From positions 1-39,144 of the forward strand of contig ADNK01001969.1 in assembly GCA_000320545.1 (NCBI GenBank): DNA of 39,144 nt, given 5' to 3'. Origin of the DNA: Bigelowiella natans CCMP2755. Its lineage: Eukaryota; Protista; Cercozoa. The notes beneath the pieces were generated by a model. That model ran no database searches. It had not been told where the DNA came from and saw only the letters and a list, made by a program, of their open reading frames with translations. A program made the translations under genes and the position numbers. Positions 20,704-35,299 of the stretch are shown one piece after another (the stretch's first letter is position 1; each line of letters begins with the position of its first letter).

Positions 20704-22804
20704 CTACCACAGGCATTGGTCAAAGGCATTCTTCATCTCCAAGACCGCCATCAGATGCATCGGGGGCTGTGAAATCGTCGCGGAGTCGGCCGTAGAAGAG
20801 GAGGAGAAGGAACTTGTTTTTGACCTCTCTCTCTCCGAGGCAATTGTGGGCATGGCAATTGCCGCAGAGAGCTGCGCCAAAGCCACCCACTGAGATGCAA
20901 TGCTCCTGCAGATTTCCATCGGTGACGGATGGTGACGCTGCTTTTCTGCATCTCCATGCACAATTTTGTATGTTTGGACAAGGGAGGTCAGGGTGGTGAT
21001 ATCTACGGAATCTTCCTTATAGTACGGTCTTCGATTCCTTAAGGCGCTTTCTGTCAGTATGAATCCAGGAATTTGCTGGGGCGAAAGCTGTGCGATGATC
21101 ACAGCCGAGTCTTTGTCCTTTCTCGTGTAGTCACGAATATATGCACGGTGACGGTGGTGATAAAATCTCGGAAGCAGGATGCCCCTGCCTTTTAGCGTGA
21201 CAGTAGAAGACCACGAGCTGAAGTCCTGCTTACTCCGACTGATCATAATAACATCACAACATGGTCAATACACTTACCACCACAATAAAAGTTCTACGAC
21301 CAAAGCGATAAGGTATAGTACATACGATAATAGTATAAATAACTAGCAGTTGCAGCATCCGTTTTGCGCGACCGAATGACATGCTGGTTTGGTAAAAACA
21401 AACATATCGAAGATAATTGCTCCTCGATAGAGAAAACTCAAAAATCATCGGTGAATTTTTGAGTCTTATCTTCTGTGATGTCAATCATTTCGTGGGAAAA
21501 ACTCCTCCTTAATTCTATTGATTTGCGATCGTGGACCACCACCTTCTCATCCGTAGAAACTGTATCGGGGAGATATCGTGCCTCCTGTTGCAGACCACCA
21601 GCGTAACAGCTTTCACTACACCAAATTTAGAGGTGCTGATGGGTGGGGATCTTTTCATCGTCGTCGCCGTTGTCGTCGAAGTGGATACAACGTCCATAGC
21701 AACGTCTTCAGGCTCTCCCTTACTGTTGCCCGTCTTCTTCTTTTTCTCATCGCCACTGTGGAAAAAGGCTCGGTCTGGGATCAGTCCTGATGTGCTCCTT
21801 AGTACAGCACTGATAGCATCAAGCTCTGATTTGGAAAAGAGCGGCGACATGCAGGCCACCACCACCTCAACACTCTGAGGCGAGAAGCTCATGTCAGCGA
21901 TGGTGTTGACGACACACTCTTCCCACAACCGTGCGAAGGCGCTAGATAGCCGTTGATGATGGTGATTATTGAGGCAATCGCTGCCGCTGTTATATTTCGT
22001 TTCGGTACTAAGTAATCCTTCCTCCATCTTCTCCGTTTGCTTCGAGCCTTCCTCCTCCTCTTCAATCGAAGCGGTGCGGAATATCGTCGCTTCAGCGTCA
22101 ATGCAAGCACCAAGAAGCACGCGTCGCTCTTGTTGTTGATTATTCGTTGCTCTCTTCCTTACGACAGTTTGACGGAGAAAACACAAGTGCAGTGTTGTAC
22201 TGCTTCCACTGCTGCTACCACTACCACTACCACTACCACTACCACTACCACCATTGTGCTGCTGCCGTTTTGACCCTCCTCCTCCTCCTCCTCCTTTCTG
22301 TTCCCAATCTAACGTCGACTTCAATCTGCTAGCAGAAGCATCATCCTTCTTTTCCTCATAGACATCGTTTTTGGGATGGTTGCCACCACCCTCTCCGTTG
22401 TTGCTATTGCTGCTCCTACTTTTCCTCTTCATTTTATTGTTGTGGATACTATCGTGGTTAAGAAGAACTTGACACTGCTCTGGCTTTAGCGATAACTCCA
22501 TTGCAGGCGTCTTCGTAAATGAGTGGCGGCGGAGAAGGGCATCCCCAAGCAAGTTTTCCCCTGAGATAAGATAAGGTGTTCATATGCGAAGGCATTCAAT
22601 CAATGCTAAAAACACTGCGCCTGTTAATGCGCGACACGACTATAATTGTGGTGTCAGAGGGAAATATTAGATTTTCCCATTTTCTACATCGATACCCATA
22701 ATCTCTTTTTAAAAGTTGTGAACTGATTGCTACTCGCTCGTTGTGAGTTGATACAGGATGCAGGAACAGTAAAACAAGTAACGGAGAAAAAAAGGGGGGG
22801 GGGG

Positions 22805-22849
<45 letters not shown>

Positions 22850-22941
22850 TGTAACATTTGTCTCTATGTGCCCTTTCGCTATCGTGAAAGCAATCGAAAC
22901 ACCAATTGAATCGTATCATCATTGCCAACGAGCAGCCAATA

Positions 22942-22984
<43 letters not shown>

Positions 22985-25900
22985 CAACAAACGTATACTC
23001 AACATACCAAGTTTAGCGGCAAGAGCAGTGAGGGGCGCATGGCGACAGGTGCTCGTGTACGAAGATAAGCTTGAGCGGAGAACGGGGCCTAGAGATAAAC
23101 GCGGCCGACTGCACACTTGTGAAGAGATCTTCTTCACGACCACATTCAACCCCGCCACCCAGGATGATGTTAGCGCCGGGTCGGAGCGTGGCTGCTGCTG
23201 CTGCTGCTGCTGCTGCTGCGACGACGATGGTGGAGATGATGACGATGATGATAGCATGAGCGCAAGGAGTTTGTAGAGGGTCGCTATGTCCTGCGCTCTG
23301 AGCGGTCTCTCAGGATGGTCGATAATGTAGAGCACGAGCGTTGCCTTTGGCGAGCCCGCCTTGAACGCCTCTGCCACCGACTCGAATACGGACCTGCGCA
23401 GTACCGCACCAAGAAAGGAGGAAAGCTCTCGGAGCACGCTGATGGTGTGGTGATGGTGTGGTGATGCAGGCCCAGCGCCTCCTCTGCTGCAAGGACGGGC
23501 TGTTGGCTGATGATGACCACCATGTGCAGAGGAGCCTGCAGATGTGGCTGCTGCGGCGCTCGTGGGTTTCCTTAGGCTGGCGTCGTTTTTCCCCTCAGTT
23601 TCATAGGGTTGCCGCCGTTCGTCAAGCAGCCTGAGGGCGATCCACTTGCACACTTCCAACCAGTACTGACAGCAGCCACTGTCGCTCTCATTAAAGGAGT
23701 TGGTGGTGTTTGTGGGGCGGGGTTTGAAATGGGAGGAGGAGGAGGTGGGGGCGGAAGCTGAAGCAAATGACGGGCTGCTGCTGCTAAGGAGAAAACGACG
23801 GGCTCCTCCTCCTCCTCCTCCCTCCCCCTCCCTCGTCGTCGTCGTCCTTCTACTGCACCGGAAGATTCGCTGGTCCTCAAATGGCCCCGGGGCGGTGCTC
23901 ACCAGAGGGGTGTGCGCTCCCATTCCGCACGCCGCGTACGCTTGATCGAGCTCTTGGAAGAAAGCGTGGATGCACCCAGCGGCGGCGGCGGCGGGCGGGC
24001 GCTTGTCGAGCAGGGTGGGGGCAGGAATGACCAGATACACGATGTCGCGTGATCCACCGACCGGTGCCAGGGTTGCTTTGTCCCAGCAACACACTTGTGC
24101 TGATGATACACGCACCCTCTCCCCCTCGTAGATGCTCACGAACTCTGCTTCCGTGAGCAGCGGGCTCTCGAGCCGCGCTTCCTCCTCCTCCTCCTCCTCC
24201 TCCTCCTCCTCTTCCTCCTCCCTCTCATCCCCCTCATCTCCTCCTCCGCAGCTACCGCCGCGCCTTTCCTCCCCCCCTTCCTTCCCCAAGAGGGAGATGT
24301 AGCTACCATTTGATGCTAGTACTGCTGCTGCTGCTTCTTCTTCTTCTTTCTTGTGCTGGTGCTGGCGGCGTTCCCCCCTCCTCCTCCTTGTCCGTATCTT
24401 GAGATCTAGCCGTGCACGAGCAGCTCTGCTGCTGCCGCTACCGCCGCCGCAAGGGTGGTAGCCATTGCGAACGTCCCCCCTTCCACTGCTATTACTAGTT
24501 CCATTCAAAAGCGATGATGACGCTTCGAGCAAATGGCGGCTGCAAAGAAATATCCTCTGCCATCTCTCGAGAGGCTGCTGCGGCTCCCCCCCCCCTCGCC
24601 GTTTATTTCTCTGTCGGCTTACACCGTGTGACCTATCGCTGCTCTCCTCCTCCCTCCTCTTCGCCGTAGCTCTCATCACCATGCCCCAGGTTAGGCTCCA
24701 AGGCGTTCTGCTGCATTATAGTTGAGAGCGAGGGCCATATCCTATGCATGATCGCTGCTGCCGCATCGGCATTTGACTCTTGGGCAGTAGGAGAGGAGCC
24801 ACTGTCTTCTATTCTTGACACTCCTCCTCCTCCTCCTCCTCCCCCTCCCCCCCCGCCGTTTAGCTTTGGACTTCTGCCCGCCATACTGCCACTATTACTA
24901 CTACTACTACTACTACTACTACTACCACTACTACTACTACTCCCAGCAGCGCCATTGGCTGCTCTGCTGCTGCCGCTGCTATGATTTGCCTGATCAGCCT
25001 TCGTGCTCTCGTTAATCTTATGATGGCCGCCAGTGTCTCCAAGGCCTTCGGCTGCAGCAGCAGCATCGAAACCGAGGCGGGTTCTCTTCTTGTGGTTTTG
25101 CGTCGCCATCGTCCCCCCCCTCCTCCGGGTCGGGGCAGGGCCGCTCCTAGCCAGCGTCCTCCGCATTTCCTCATAGCTCTCGAGATAGAAACCCTCCCGC
25201 TCGGGCATGTAGTAGGATGGGGAGCTTTTCGCCTTTGTCTTCTTATCTACGGTGCTGCTGCTATCGTTGGCGCCTCTGCTGCTACTGCTGCCGGCGCTGC
25301 GTGTTTCTGGTGGCTCCTGCATGATGACAATACGGGGCCGCTTAAAGCCCACGACGGCGACTGGCTTCTTCCTCAACAACATCGCATTGGGAGGGGCGAG
25401 AGCTTCTATTCCTCGAGCAGCAGTACCACCACCGCCACCACCACCGCGGTTTCTAATGTGATAACTGCTAGATTCCGACATCATCGAAGCGGACCACGGA
25501 GTGGCCGCCTTGCCGCTCGCACCAGTAGAACCGACCTGCTGCTGCTGAAACTGGCGTGTGTGGCTGTGACTGCTAGCACTCGCAAGTTGTTGTCCTCCGC
25601 CACCAGCAGCCCCTTTCCCATCCCCACCCCCACCCCTTTGCTGCAGCAGCAGTGCGAAGCCTGTGTTGGCGAGCCGCTCCTCTACGATAGAGCACTTATG
25701 CAGCACCGTGCTGCGACTGCGACGATGATCACGGCGCCGGTGGCGTGGTCGGTAGCGTGAATCATCGCTTCGGCGGGGGGATAATGCGTGCTGGGAATAC
25801 GCATTTTCGAGATGGGCGCGGGAAACTGCTTTCTTGGCCTCGTCGCGGTCGCCATCAATGCCGCTAGCGCCATCTCGATCACCGCCATTTTCAGTACCCC

Positions 25901-26600
25901 GGTGAATAATCTTCTGGGCGTCCCCGCTGCTGCTGTGATAGTGTGACGAAGAGCTTTGATGCTGCCGCCTATAAAACCACGTTCGAGCATGGAAGGAGGT
26001 GGAGGAAGGGGGGAAGGAGAGTAGGACATAAACGGATAATCGAAATGAAGCAGCATTTGTACTATTTGGTGCAATGGCTGATATCCATCGTCTGACCAGT
26101 AGTACAATCATCCAATAAAAGCACAACGCCAAAAATCACAACACGTCATGGGCATAATCATAAGTGCGTGCCACAAACGATGACGACGTGGCGGCGACGG
26201 TGACGACGAATGGCAGCAGGGATGTAAAAAGAGGGTTCTTGTACCCCCGCTTCCGTTGGTGGTGCTGCTGCTGCCTGAACTGCGCTCTCCTGCGTCCCAC
26301 GCCAACGATAACACGCAACTCGCACTCATCGAGTAGGAGAGTGCAATGAAGCTCTGGGTCTATAGGAAACACATAACAGCAGTCGCAATATTTACCAAAA
26401 ACGACAGGCAAACAGACGGAGGAGCCGGGGCGGACAGGAATACAACGAATGAACCACATACGCGTGGCAACGGCTATGATGATGCAATAACGAATCGCAA
26501 GACGTCGGTGAGAAAGGGATTGTGGGCGGAAGAACTCCGTCGCGCAGGATAGAGATTCTCACCGCGCTGCACTTAGGCAACAACCGTCGCTCTCTTAGCC
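20704..26600 (-). CDS. MED13: Mediator complex subunit 13 (multi-exon, long low-complexity insertions; 5' end uncertain, may extend past 27200)
   Basis: MID-region motif WDKATLAPVGGSRDIVYLV..FFQELDQAYAACGMGAHTP. C-terminal motifs LHLCF..VLLGACIDAEA, ARLWEEC..VVVACM..EL and ICRSIASQWVALAQL..PPMH match Med13_C by eye. Confidence 0.8.
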
Positions 26601-26703
26601 CCATTGAATTTTATTCACATCACTATTTTTGCAAAGCACTACGATGCACTGCTGCGGCGCAAGCTGAGGCTTCTCCCCCGCCCTCTTCTATGCTCGAGCT
26701 GTA

Positions 26704-26759
<56 letters not shown>

Positions 26760-27594
26760 CAAACTATCCAAAAACATCATGACCTTTCGCTGTAAATTTC
26801 TCCTCCAGGGCTAAATCCAGGGCGACCAGTTTCTAGCATGCATATGACGGAGGGGGGGGGAGGTGGAGGAGGAGGGGGAGGAGGAGGGATGGAGAGAGCA
26901 ATACAAGGATCAGCTAACATTTGAGAACACATAACTACACAGGGTACAGACACATAAATACACACACAAACACGCATTGTACGTCACGTTGGGATTGTGT
27001 CTTCGAGGGTTTTGTGTGCTACTTGAAAAAGCAGTATCACATGCATTTCTCCGATCTGATGTTGACGTACCGGTAGAGTTTCGTCGGTTGATGTGGAAAG
27101 AGAAGCTGCTGAGAGAGGAAAGCTTATCTCTCCATCCTCCATCATCTTTGCATCACCACCATCTCTTCCCCTCATCCTTGCCAGCAGCGAGTCCCTTTTA
27201 GTCAGGGGGGGCGGGCATCAATTCAATCTCATAAGAGTCCCATGCAAAAATTGAGCAGCATTCGTACTTGGCTCGGGCACTTATTCAATTTAAATGCAAG
27301 CATTACCGACGTAAAAATTTTCCATGCCCTCAAAAAATAAATCGGAAAGAACTAACTGAAAGGAGGTGTTTAGATCGATACCAATTTGCAGATTCTTCCA
27401 GGCTGCCAGTGTTCTCTGCCGACACATCATACAGTCACAATGGAGTACGGATTACCCCGCTACTTTTGCAGGATAGAGATATCATCTTCTTGTAATCACC
27501 ATAGTTTAGACCTTCACCTTTCATTATGAGCTCAAACATCCACGCCCTCTTGCTCTGTATTGAGCACATGGTAGGTAAGACGCATATGTGTATA

Positions 27595-27631
<37 letters not shown>

Positions 27632-28850
27632 CTGAATAAAGAATCTTGCTCTTCAGAGAGATATGCTGTAGCGGAAACCTCTTCATCGATCCACGCCAGG
27701 TCCCCGAGTTCCTGATGACAAGATAGACGATTGGATTTTGAGGCAAGGCGACGGAGATATATCGACTATCATGCTGGGCAGCTAACCGCACATGGAGAGA
27801 TGCATGCCAAAAAAATTCTAGGTGGGTGCTATTCGATGTTATCAAGCAGCAAGAAACTCCTCCCTCTTACCTCTCTGTGGGGCTGTTGCTCGAAGTCAAA
27901 GCGACACCATCGCAGCTTCGACAAGCTCCCCTGATGAGAAATTACAGGAAGTAAGTGCACGTGCATGGGGCTCGATATTCACGCATCGATATCCACATCT
28001 TGTGGAACCAATTCATCATCGCGGTGATTTTTGGTGGTGTGTGAATCATCTCTGACTGGTGCCCCCTCAAGAAAGAATGCTTGTGTTTGAGGGGAGATAC
28101 GTAGGGTTATCGATTAGCACGCATTCGAGCTTGGGCCCATTTTTAATACAACCCACATCTCGTAGGAAAATATTGAAATATCGATGGCGGGTATGCGAGG
28201 GCTTTGTTGCATGCTTAGATGGAATGAAGCTTGTTTTAGCAGTAAGCGTGCAAGTATCATCGGAGTGTTGGTATCACGATCTTTTATCTCTAATATAGTC
28301 GCTCAACTTCCCTCCGCACGAAATAACATGCAAATTAGTATCATCCTTCGATGTGGGCACATTTTGTATGTTTGTTTCGCATGTGGACGGAGTACAATGT
28401 GAAAGAGGTTGCTCAGGAGCCTCGTGGGCGGCGGGTCCGCCATATTCCGCTGAGCCCAGAAGTGTTCCACTAAATCTGTTAAAATGATTTACATTTCATA
28501 CCTGCGACATCGAAAATTTGTTGTCATAAAGATATTTCCATCTTGACATGAGAGGCTCTCAGTCGTTATTTTCCTGCGACATGCCAAAGAAGTTGTCGTA
28601 CTTTATGGAAAGAACGGCTGCTCTTCAGAACAACCAAAAAAGAGGAAAGAGCCTACTGCTACGTCTTCGCCAGACAATTTTTTTTAGATCTTTACAGGGC
28701 TATTTGCTGCAGCATACCGCCAGGATTTGTTCAATGAATGTTTCCCACGGTTATATTAGTTATTAGTTCTGGGTGGAAGTTTTCTGTGTTAATTTTGATC
28801 TTAATCGAACTCTTTTGGCATTCAAATCAATCATTATTCATTCATTCGCG

Positions 28851-30046
28851 ATGAACGTATTCAGGAGGTTCGGAGCGATGGCCAGGGCACGTTGCTCTCC
28901 GCTGTTCAAGTCAGCTTTTAGCCGTGCCGGCGTCGGTGCGAGCGTTGGAATAAGCGGAGGGCTCTCCTGCTTAGCCATGCTCTCCTCAAAGAGAGGTTTT
29001 GCGTCGGCTGAGGCAGCGCCTGCGACGCTAAAACTGGCCCTGTGCCAGGTCCTCGTTGGCGAGGACAAGAAGGCAAATATTGCTGCTGCGAAAAAGGCGG
29101 TCGATGAAGCTAGCAAGAAAGGCGCAGAACTCATTGTGCTACCAGAAATTTGGAACGGTCCTTATGATACCTCGTGCTTCCCTGTTTACGCCGAGACGGT
29201 CCCAGGAAAGGGGGCAAGTGTGTCTGACAGCGCTACTGAGCCATCGACGAGCTTTCTCCTTTCTGCGGCCAAGTAATAAATTCTCGTTTTGGGAAATATC
29301 CACATCAAATCTAAAATCTCCCACCATTTTGTACGTTGTCGCTGCGACTTTTCAGGGAAAATAAGGTGTACCTAATCGGTGGCTCCATTTCTGAGAAAGG
29401 CCAAGATGGGAAAATTTACAACACGTGCATAATTGTGAACCCAGAAGGCGAAATCATAGGAAAGCACCGTAAAGTTCACCTCTTTGACATCGATGTTCCA
29501 GGGAAGATGACGTAATATTGAAAGGGGCCTCCCATTTCGCATCATCATCATCATCATCATCATCAAAGGGATTGTGTTGAATTATCCCTTCTCAGGTTCA
29601 AGGAGTCCGATACTCTTTCCCCAGGAAATACCACCACAACTTTCGACGCACCGTTCGGCAAGGTCGGCGTCGGAATCTGCTACGATATCCGCTTCCCAGA
29701 GTTAAGCATGCTGATGAGACGAGAGGGGGCTTCGATACTCATATTTCCAGGAGCGTTTAACATGACCACAGGACCAGCTCATTGGGAACTTCTTCAAAGA
29801 GCTCGAGCTGTTGACAACCAATGCTACGTAGCGGCAGCATCTCCAGCACGAAATCCAGAGGCTTCCTACCAGGCTTGGGGCCATTCTACTGTCGTGAGTC
29901 CTTGGGGGAAGGTGGTGGCAACCACGGACCATAATCCGAGCACTGTTTATGCAGAGATTGACTTGTCTGAAGTCGAGAAAATGAGAGAAAACATCCCAAC
30001 CTCAAAGCAGAAGAGGAACGACATGTATTCTTTGCAAGGGTTCTAA
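28851..30046 (+). CDS. NIT2: Omega-amidase NIT2-like (carbon-nitrogen hydrolase) with an N-terminal organellar-type presequence; exons 28851-29272, 29356-29511, 29596-30046
   Basis: Catalytic motifs [69 protein letters not shown]. The GT-AG introns splice in frame. Confidence 0.92.
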
Positions 30047-30756
30047 TATGTCCACTATGTGCTCGTTTAGACAAATCACATGTGTGACACTGCGGTTGAA
30101 TGATCGAGTTATAAACCTATTAAACTAACATGAAGCAGCCTAGAAAAAATTACGTAATACGTAACTTAAGTTTGTGTCAATAAACGATGTCTAAATAATA
30201 CAGTAATGCTCATCATCACATGATATGTGCATAGTGTTAAATATCGCATTTTACGCTAACCTGGCAAAACGTAGCGTGAAAGATAATACATAGTTCCAAG
30301 CACTTATTCGATGGCATGCCAGCAAGCCATGCGCATCATGATGTAACAGCACACAACCGATCATAATGGCTTTTAGATAATATGTGTGAACGGCGTACGA
30401 TGCATAGCAAGAATTGAAATCGTTTGATCAATCGGATGCTTGGTGACCGTATCGTATGCACATTGTAATCTGTCGAAGTGAGCTCATCACACTATGGAGA
30501 ACTCGTTAAACTGTGCACTCCATCACTGTCATGTCATTCTTTACATTCTTTGAATGTGCGAGCTACATGTCGTACTGAGATTACTTTCATGCGCAATTAA
30601 GCCATGCAGGCACGCATGGCTGCGTTGCGTTTATATGTTTATTATGTGGTAAGATCTTTGCTGGGCATTCATCCACTGACGCACAGCGGTAAGTGGAACC
30701 ATCGTAGATTAATAAAACATTATTGTGGACATATATTGCACGCTTCACTGCTTCAA

Positions 30757-32085
30757 TCACACTCTCTTCGCGAATGCTACCGCAATTTCAGATCCTCTTG
30801 CAACGATCGTGAACCAAACTCGGACTATAAAGGGCTTTTGTTCATAACCTATGGGAAGCCCCGACCGCCTTGATGCATCATCACGATGATGTATCTCCTC
30901 TTCGCAACAATGCCTAAGAATCGGATAAGCGCGCGAAATGAATTAGGTTGGTTGATTCCCACAATAGCCAGGTATCGATAACGATGATAAATATAATCAT
31001 ATTCTTTTGCGTGGCAGTTGCAGAAACTCTTGGATACCTAAGAAGTCGCAAAAGCTCTGGAGCAGTCCCTAGTTCCTGTGCGAAGAACATAGACAGATGC
31101 AAACTATTATAACCCATTCCCTAATTCTGCAGATAATTGAGAGGGATGAAAGAGACCTCTAGTGGAACGATGTGGTTTTTGTAGTGAACGTCTACGAACG
31201 TCTCCACGGCTTCAACGGTCACATACAACCACGTCGGTGTTCTCCAGGCGAGGGTTGGCAAAGCCCCTAGGACATAGAAACGAATATTGGCAACCATACA
31301 AATGAAATCTAATTTCACATACCTAAAATAAACCCAGACAGTTTCCATAGAGGAATCAAACGTGACCTCTCATTTGGTGGAACGAGCTTCTCCATCAATT
31401 CCTAAGTGTTTCGAGCGTAAGCATCCGCAGGAGGCTGTGAAGAGTTAACGAACTCACCAAATGTGCAGCTTCTGTCTTGCAATGTTCCTCGACAAAGTCA
31501 TAAGCAGGCTCTTCTCGAAACCTATAACGCCATACGTATCTTCGCGACAAATACATACAAGATACCTCAAATAGCGAAAAGAGGCCGCTACCTGTATGGG
31601 CAACCTACATCAAGACCAGTGAGTCTATGCAACATCCTTGAGCATGATCCTCTGAATTCCATGGCAGCCTTGGCACCACGATAAATCCAGACTGCACCAG
31701 TCTCACCAGCGTGGTCTGACCTCAATTCAGCTTTCTAATAGAGCACAAAAATTATCTGAGCTTGTGTGTGTGGTGATTACGAAAATACATCGCCATAACA
31801 ATGTATTAATCAAAGGACTTCTTCGTCGTTAAATCAGTCGATCCCTATTTTTCTCTAGCCCTAACCCTAACCCACCAGCCACTCCGGCCATCCCTGTGCT
31901 TTCTCCTGACTTATCTTGCTCCAGTCAAATTGAGGTCGAGCCTCAGCGCACGCAGACGACGAAAATGGCTTACAGGCTGGAGCCCGTTTAAGTGTTTGAG
32001 ACGATGTCACCCAATTGAACCCTGATACAGTGGGCAAACTCGAATGCCGGAACGTGAGTGCATTGAGGAGTCTTCTTCGGCTCAT
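30757..32085 (-). CDS. COQ7: COQ7-like di-iron carboxylate hydroxylase (demethoxyubiquinone hydroxylase family), multi-exon, mitochondrial-type presequence
   Basis: [15 protein letters not shown] (~31680-31725), [39 protein letters not shown]-terminus [14 protein letters not shown]. Stop at 30757-30759. Confidence 0.8.
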
Positions 32086-32690
32086 CGATCGCAGGTAGCC
32101 GACGATGGGTCGTCGTACGAACGGGTTCAAGTGTGGTCGAGCTGGGCCAGCCTACGTATCTCAAATAGGAGGAGTTATGTCGTCTACGACATGCACCCGA
32201 TGGGAACAGTCGCCGGAAGTATTCGGTGCTCATTTTTGCCAGAAACCCGACGTTTGATTAGTTTTTGGGGCCTAATTTCCTTGGACGTCTACAGCAAGGT
32301 TGGAGATTTGCAGGATTTTGTAGAATGTGAATTTCAATCCCGAAATCGCATGCTATTTCCCCGTAAAACTCCATTGAAGGAGAAACCCTAGAAAACGCCG
32401 TGTCATACTTGATACTTAATGTGTCGGCAAAAGGCATTTAGATCTATAGAGTAATTGTCGCACATGAATAATGCCACCCATTCAACGCAGCTGGCGTCGG
32501 AACGTAGAGTACGACGTAACGCCAAAATCTACAAAATCCAAATAAACCGTGTGAATAGATCAGCTTGTGTCCTGTGGAATAGATCTAGATCTAGATCAGC
32601 GTGTGTTCTGTGAACGAAACACTGAGGAAGGATATCCTGTGTTGTTCCTCAAATCCAAGCGAAAATCTAGAGAACATCCGGAAGCAAACA

Positions 32691-33833
32691 ATGATGCGTG
32701 GAAAGTTATCTTCTTTCATCAGCCATGCCTTTGTGCGCCAACCCTCAATCTTGCATAAAGCTTCTGTTGGTCTCGGGTCTGGTATCATTCAAGGCATGAC
32801 TGGAGTAGGGGGTGGAATAGTCCTTACCACAGCAATGACAAGGATGTTTGCAACTACACAACTGCAGGCCACTGGAACATCTCTAGCATTTAAGATAACG
32901 GGCAACATTAGCGCAGCTGCTACGTTTGCAGGGTCGGGTTTAGTTGACTACACATCTGCTTTCTGGATTGGAATGCCAGCATTCATCGGGGTAATCCGAC
33001 ATCAAAAGAATAAAGACAGCGTAGTTTCATGTTATAACTTGTAAAGTATGTTGATTAAATGTTCCTTGCGGTTGCAACAGGTGGTGCATGGTGCTCGCCT
33101 CGGGAAGAAAATGGGGGATCGTAGAATGCAGATTTTATTTGGAGGCTTATTGATGACTTTGGCGACGTTGTGCGCCTTTGGGAAGTCAAAGTAGGATTTG
33201 AAGAGCAGCAGCAGCGGTGGCAGTAATAATCATTCAAATGAGCTTCAGTTCAAATCAAAACCTAATCTTAAAGAGATCTTCAAATTGGTGAAGACAGAGA
33301 CGATGAATGAGCCTATTCGAGTAATACGTCATATGTTGGTTGGTCTTGGGTTTGGATATTGTACGGGACTTCTCGGAGTTGGTGGCGCCCCTCTAGTAAT
33401 GACATATCTCTTTATGGATCTGTCGGATGGCAAGGAACAGAAAGTAATTGGAACAACTCTTTGCGGTATGTCTTCCAATTCATTCAATCTTAAGTTCAGT
33501 GAGTAAAACCATATCTAACCACGAGAGAGTACACATGCGAATCACGATTGTGACACGAAGATGAAGAAATCCAAGCTGACTCATGGGTTTTTTTTAGCTA
33601 TCACTGCACCATCTATTGTTGGTATGGGAGTTCATTGGAGTCTGGGAAATATTGTTTGGCCCATGATTCCAGTCCTTTGTGCAGGGAGTTTGGTTGGAGG
33701 CTTGAGTGGAGCTCAAGCAGCTATGCTCGTTGATGGAGAAGTCATGCGATATGGATTTTCCGTTTTCCTTGCTATCCTTGGCGGGAACACACTATGTAAA
33801 GCGAAAGCCATAAAATTTTTGCTTGGAAGATAG
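32691..33833 (+). CDS. TauE/SafE (DUF81) sulfite-exporter family membrane protein, multi-exon
   Basis: Duplicated GxxGVGGG motifs (GMTGVGGGIV; GLLGVGGAPL), ATGTSL / VIGTTL, and GSLVGGLSGA in hydrophobic helices. Confidence 0.85.
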
Positions 33834-35299
33834 ATACAGTAGAAGATCTTGTACAACCTATACCTACCCTGGACCACTTACAGCCTTCGTTTCAGATGTG
33901 ACTTCCGTGAAGCATGTACATTAACCTCCTTTCCTCCACTTCTGATACTCCAGGATTATTGAAAAAAGAAAGTATGTATTGACACCAATGAACCCATAGA
34001 ATTTATGGGAAATATCTATGACTAATGGTTACGAGACTTAATTTAATTCCTTACACTATAGTGAAAGAAAACATAACCATCTCTAGATTTATACAGCAGC
34101 TGCCAGCTATGACTACTAATGAAAAAATTGCCTTACAAGATGGATTTATTATGAGAATAAAATTATTTCACTCTTAACATTATTGCGTTTCAGCTAGCAT
34201 ATAGCGCTGTTAGCCATAGCTATGCGTTTCACTTTGTGCAGGCCGAAGCCTGCGATTTGCAATGTTGCAATTGGCAGTTTCTTTGTAAGTCTAACAAAGA
34301 ACTTACAAAGAAACTATCACAATACGCAGCGGCGCGGATGGCAGGCTGTGCTAGATTGACATTAGCCGCTCACGTATAAACTCAGAAGTCACATCCCGAT
34401 CTCGATAAGTATTTATTAACCCAATAATTAATCATCATCGCCAATTAATTCACGCATGCACTATTAGTGTATCTAGCCGTGTCGCAGCTATATTACGACA
34501 GGTTATGCATGGCTAAGAGATTTCGAAGGGCCTTTTATTCTATCATATTTTCATTTAACCACCTAAGATATCGTTTGTAAAGAAAGATGAATAATCTTAC
34601 TATGCTTCCAAGGCTTACAAGGAGACTAACATGCAACGTATATTTGTTGCATGTGTGACACAAAGTGTCTTTGTACTCTAGTTGATATTTACTATGGTAT
34701 AGTTATATTGTATTTGCGTTCTCGCTGTTATGTTCAGGTCGTCAAAAGAATCGTTCTAGTTTGGGAGTTAGGCGCTCTAGCAGGCTTCTAAGTTTCCCTT
34801 CACTTTATCTTCTGGGAAGAATGCACAATGAGTTCGGCGAATTGTTCAAAGCAACTAGACTACACCTTACACGCTCTATTCTCTACTCAATTGTATATTT
34901 CTATGAACTCACACATCTTCAATATCCCTGTACGAACATGGGTAAGGGCTTAATTTAAGTGGAATGACATCTTATTGCTCAAGTTCTCGTTTATGCTGAT
35001 CAGATCACAATGATCCAAAGACGCAAGAATTCTATGTTTTAATATTTCCACAAGGTTTGACACAAAAAAGAGACCCTAAGCTTAAATATAGAATAAAATT
35101 AGACGCAAAAACCTTTCTTGTTTTTGCATACTTGAGAGTTTCATAGCTATCTATATTCGCAGAGATTTATGTACTTTGGGGACGCTCCGTATTATCTGTG
35201 CTAAAGATTTAGCCAGTACAAATGATTTTATTCTATTTTCCTTTAAGATAATTCAGATTTTGGAATGCTGTGAGGTCAGTATAATTTCGTCCTTAGATC

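Noticed and set aside
27268-28766. Short ORFs between MED13 and NIT2
   Set aside because: No consistent frame or domain. They may include MED13 5' exons, but this cannot be supported.
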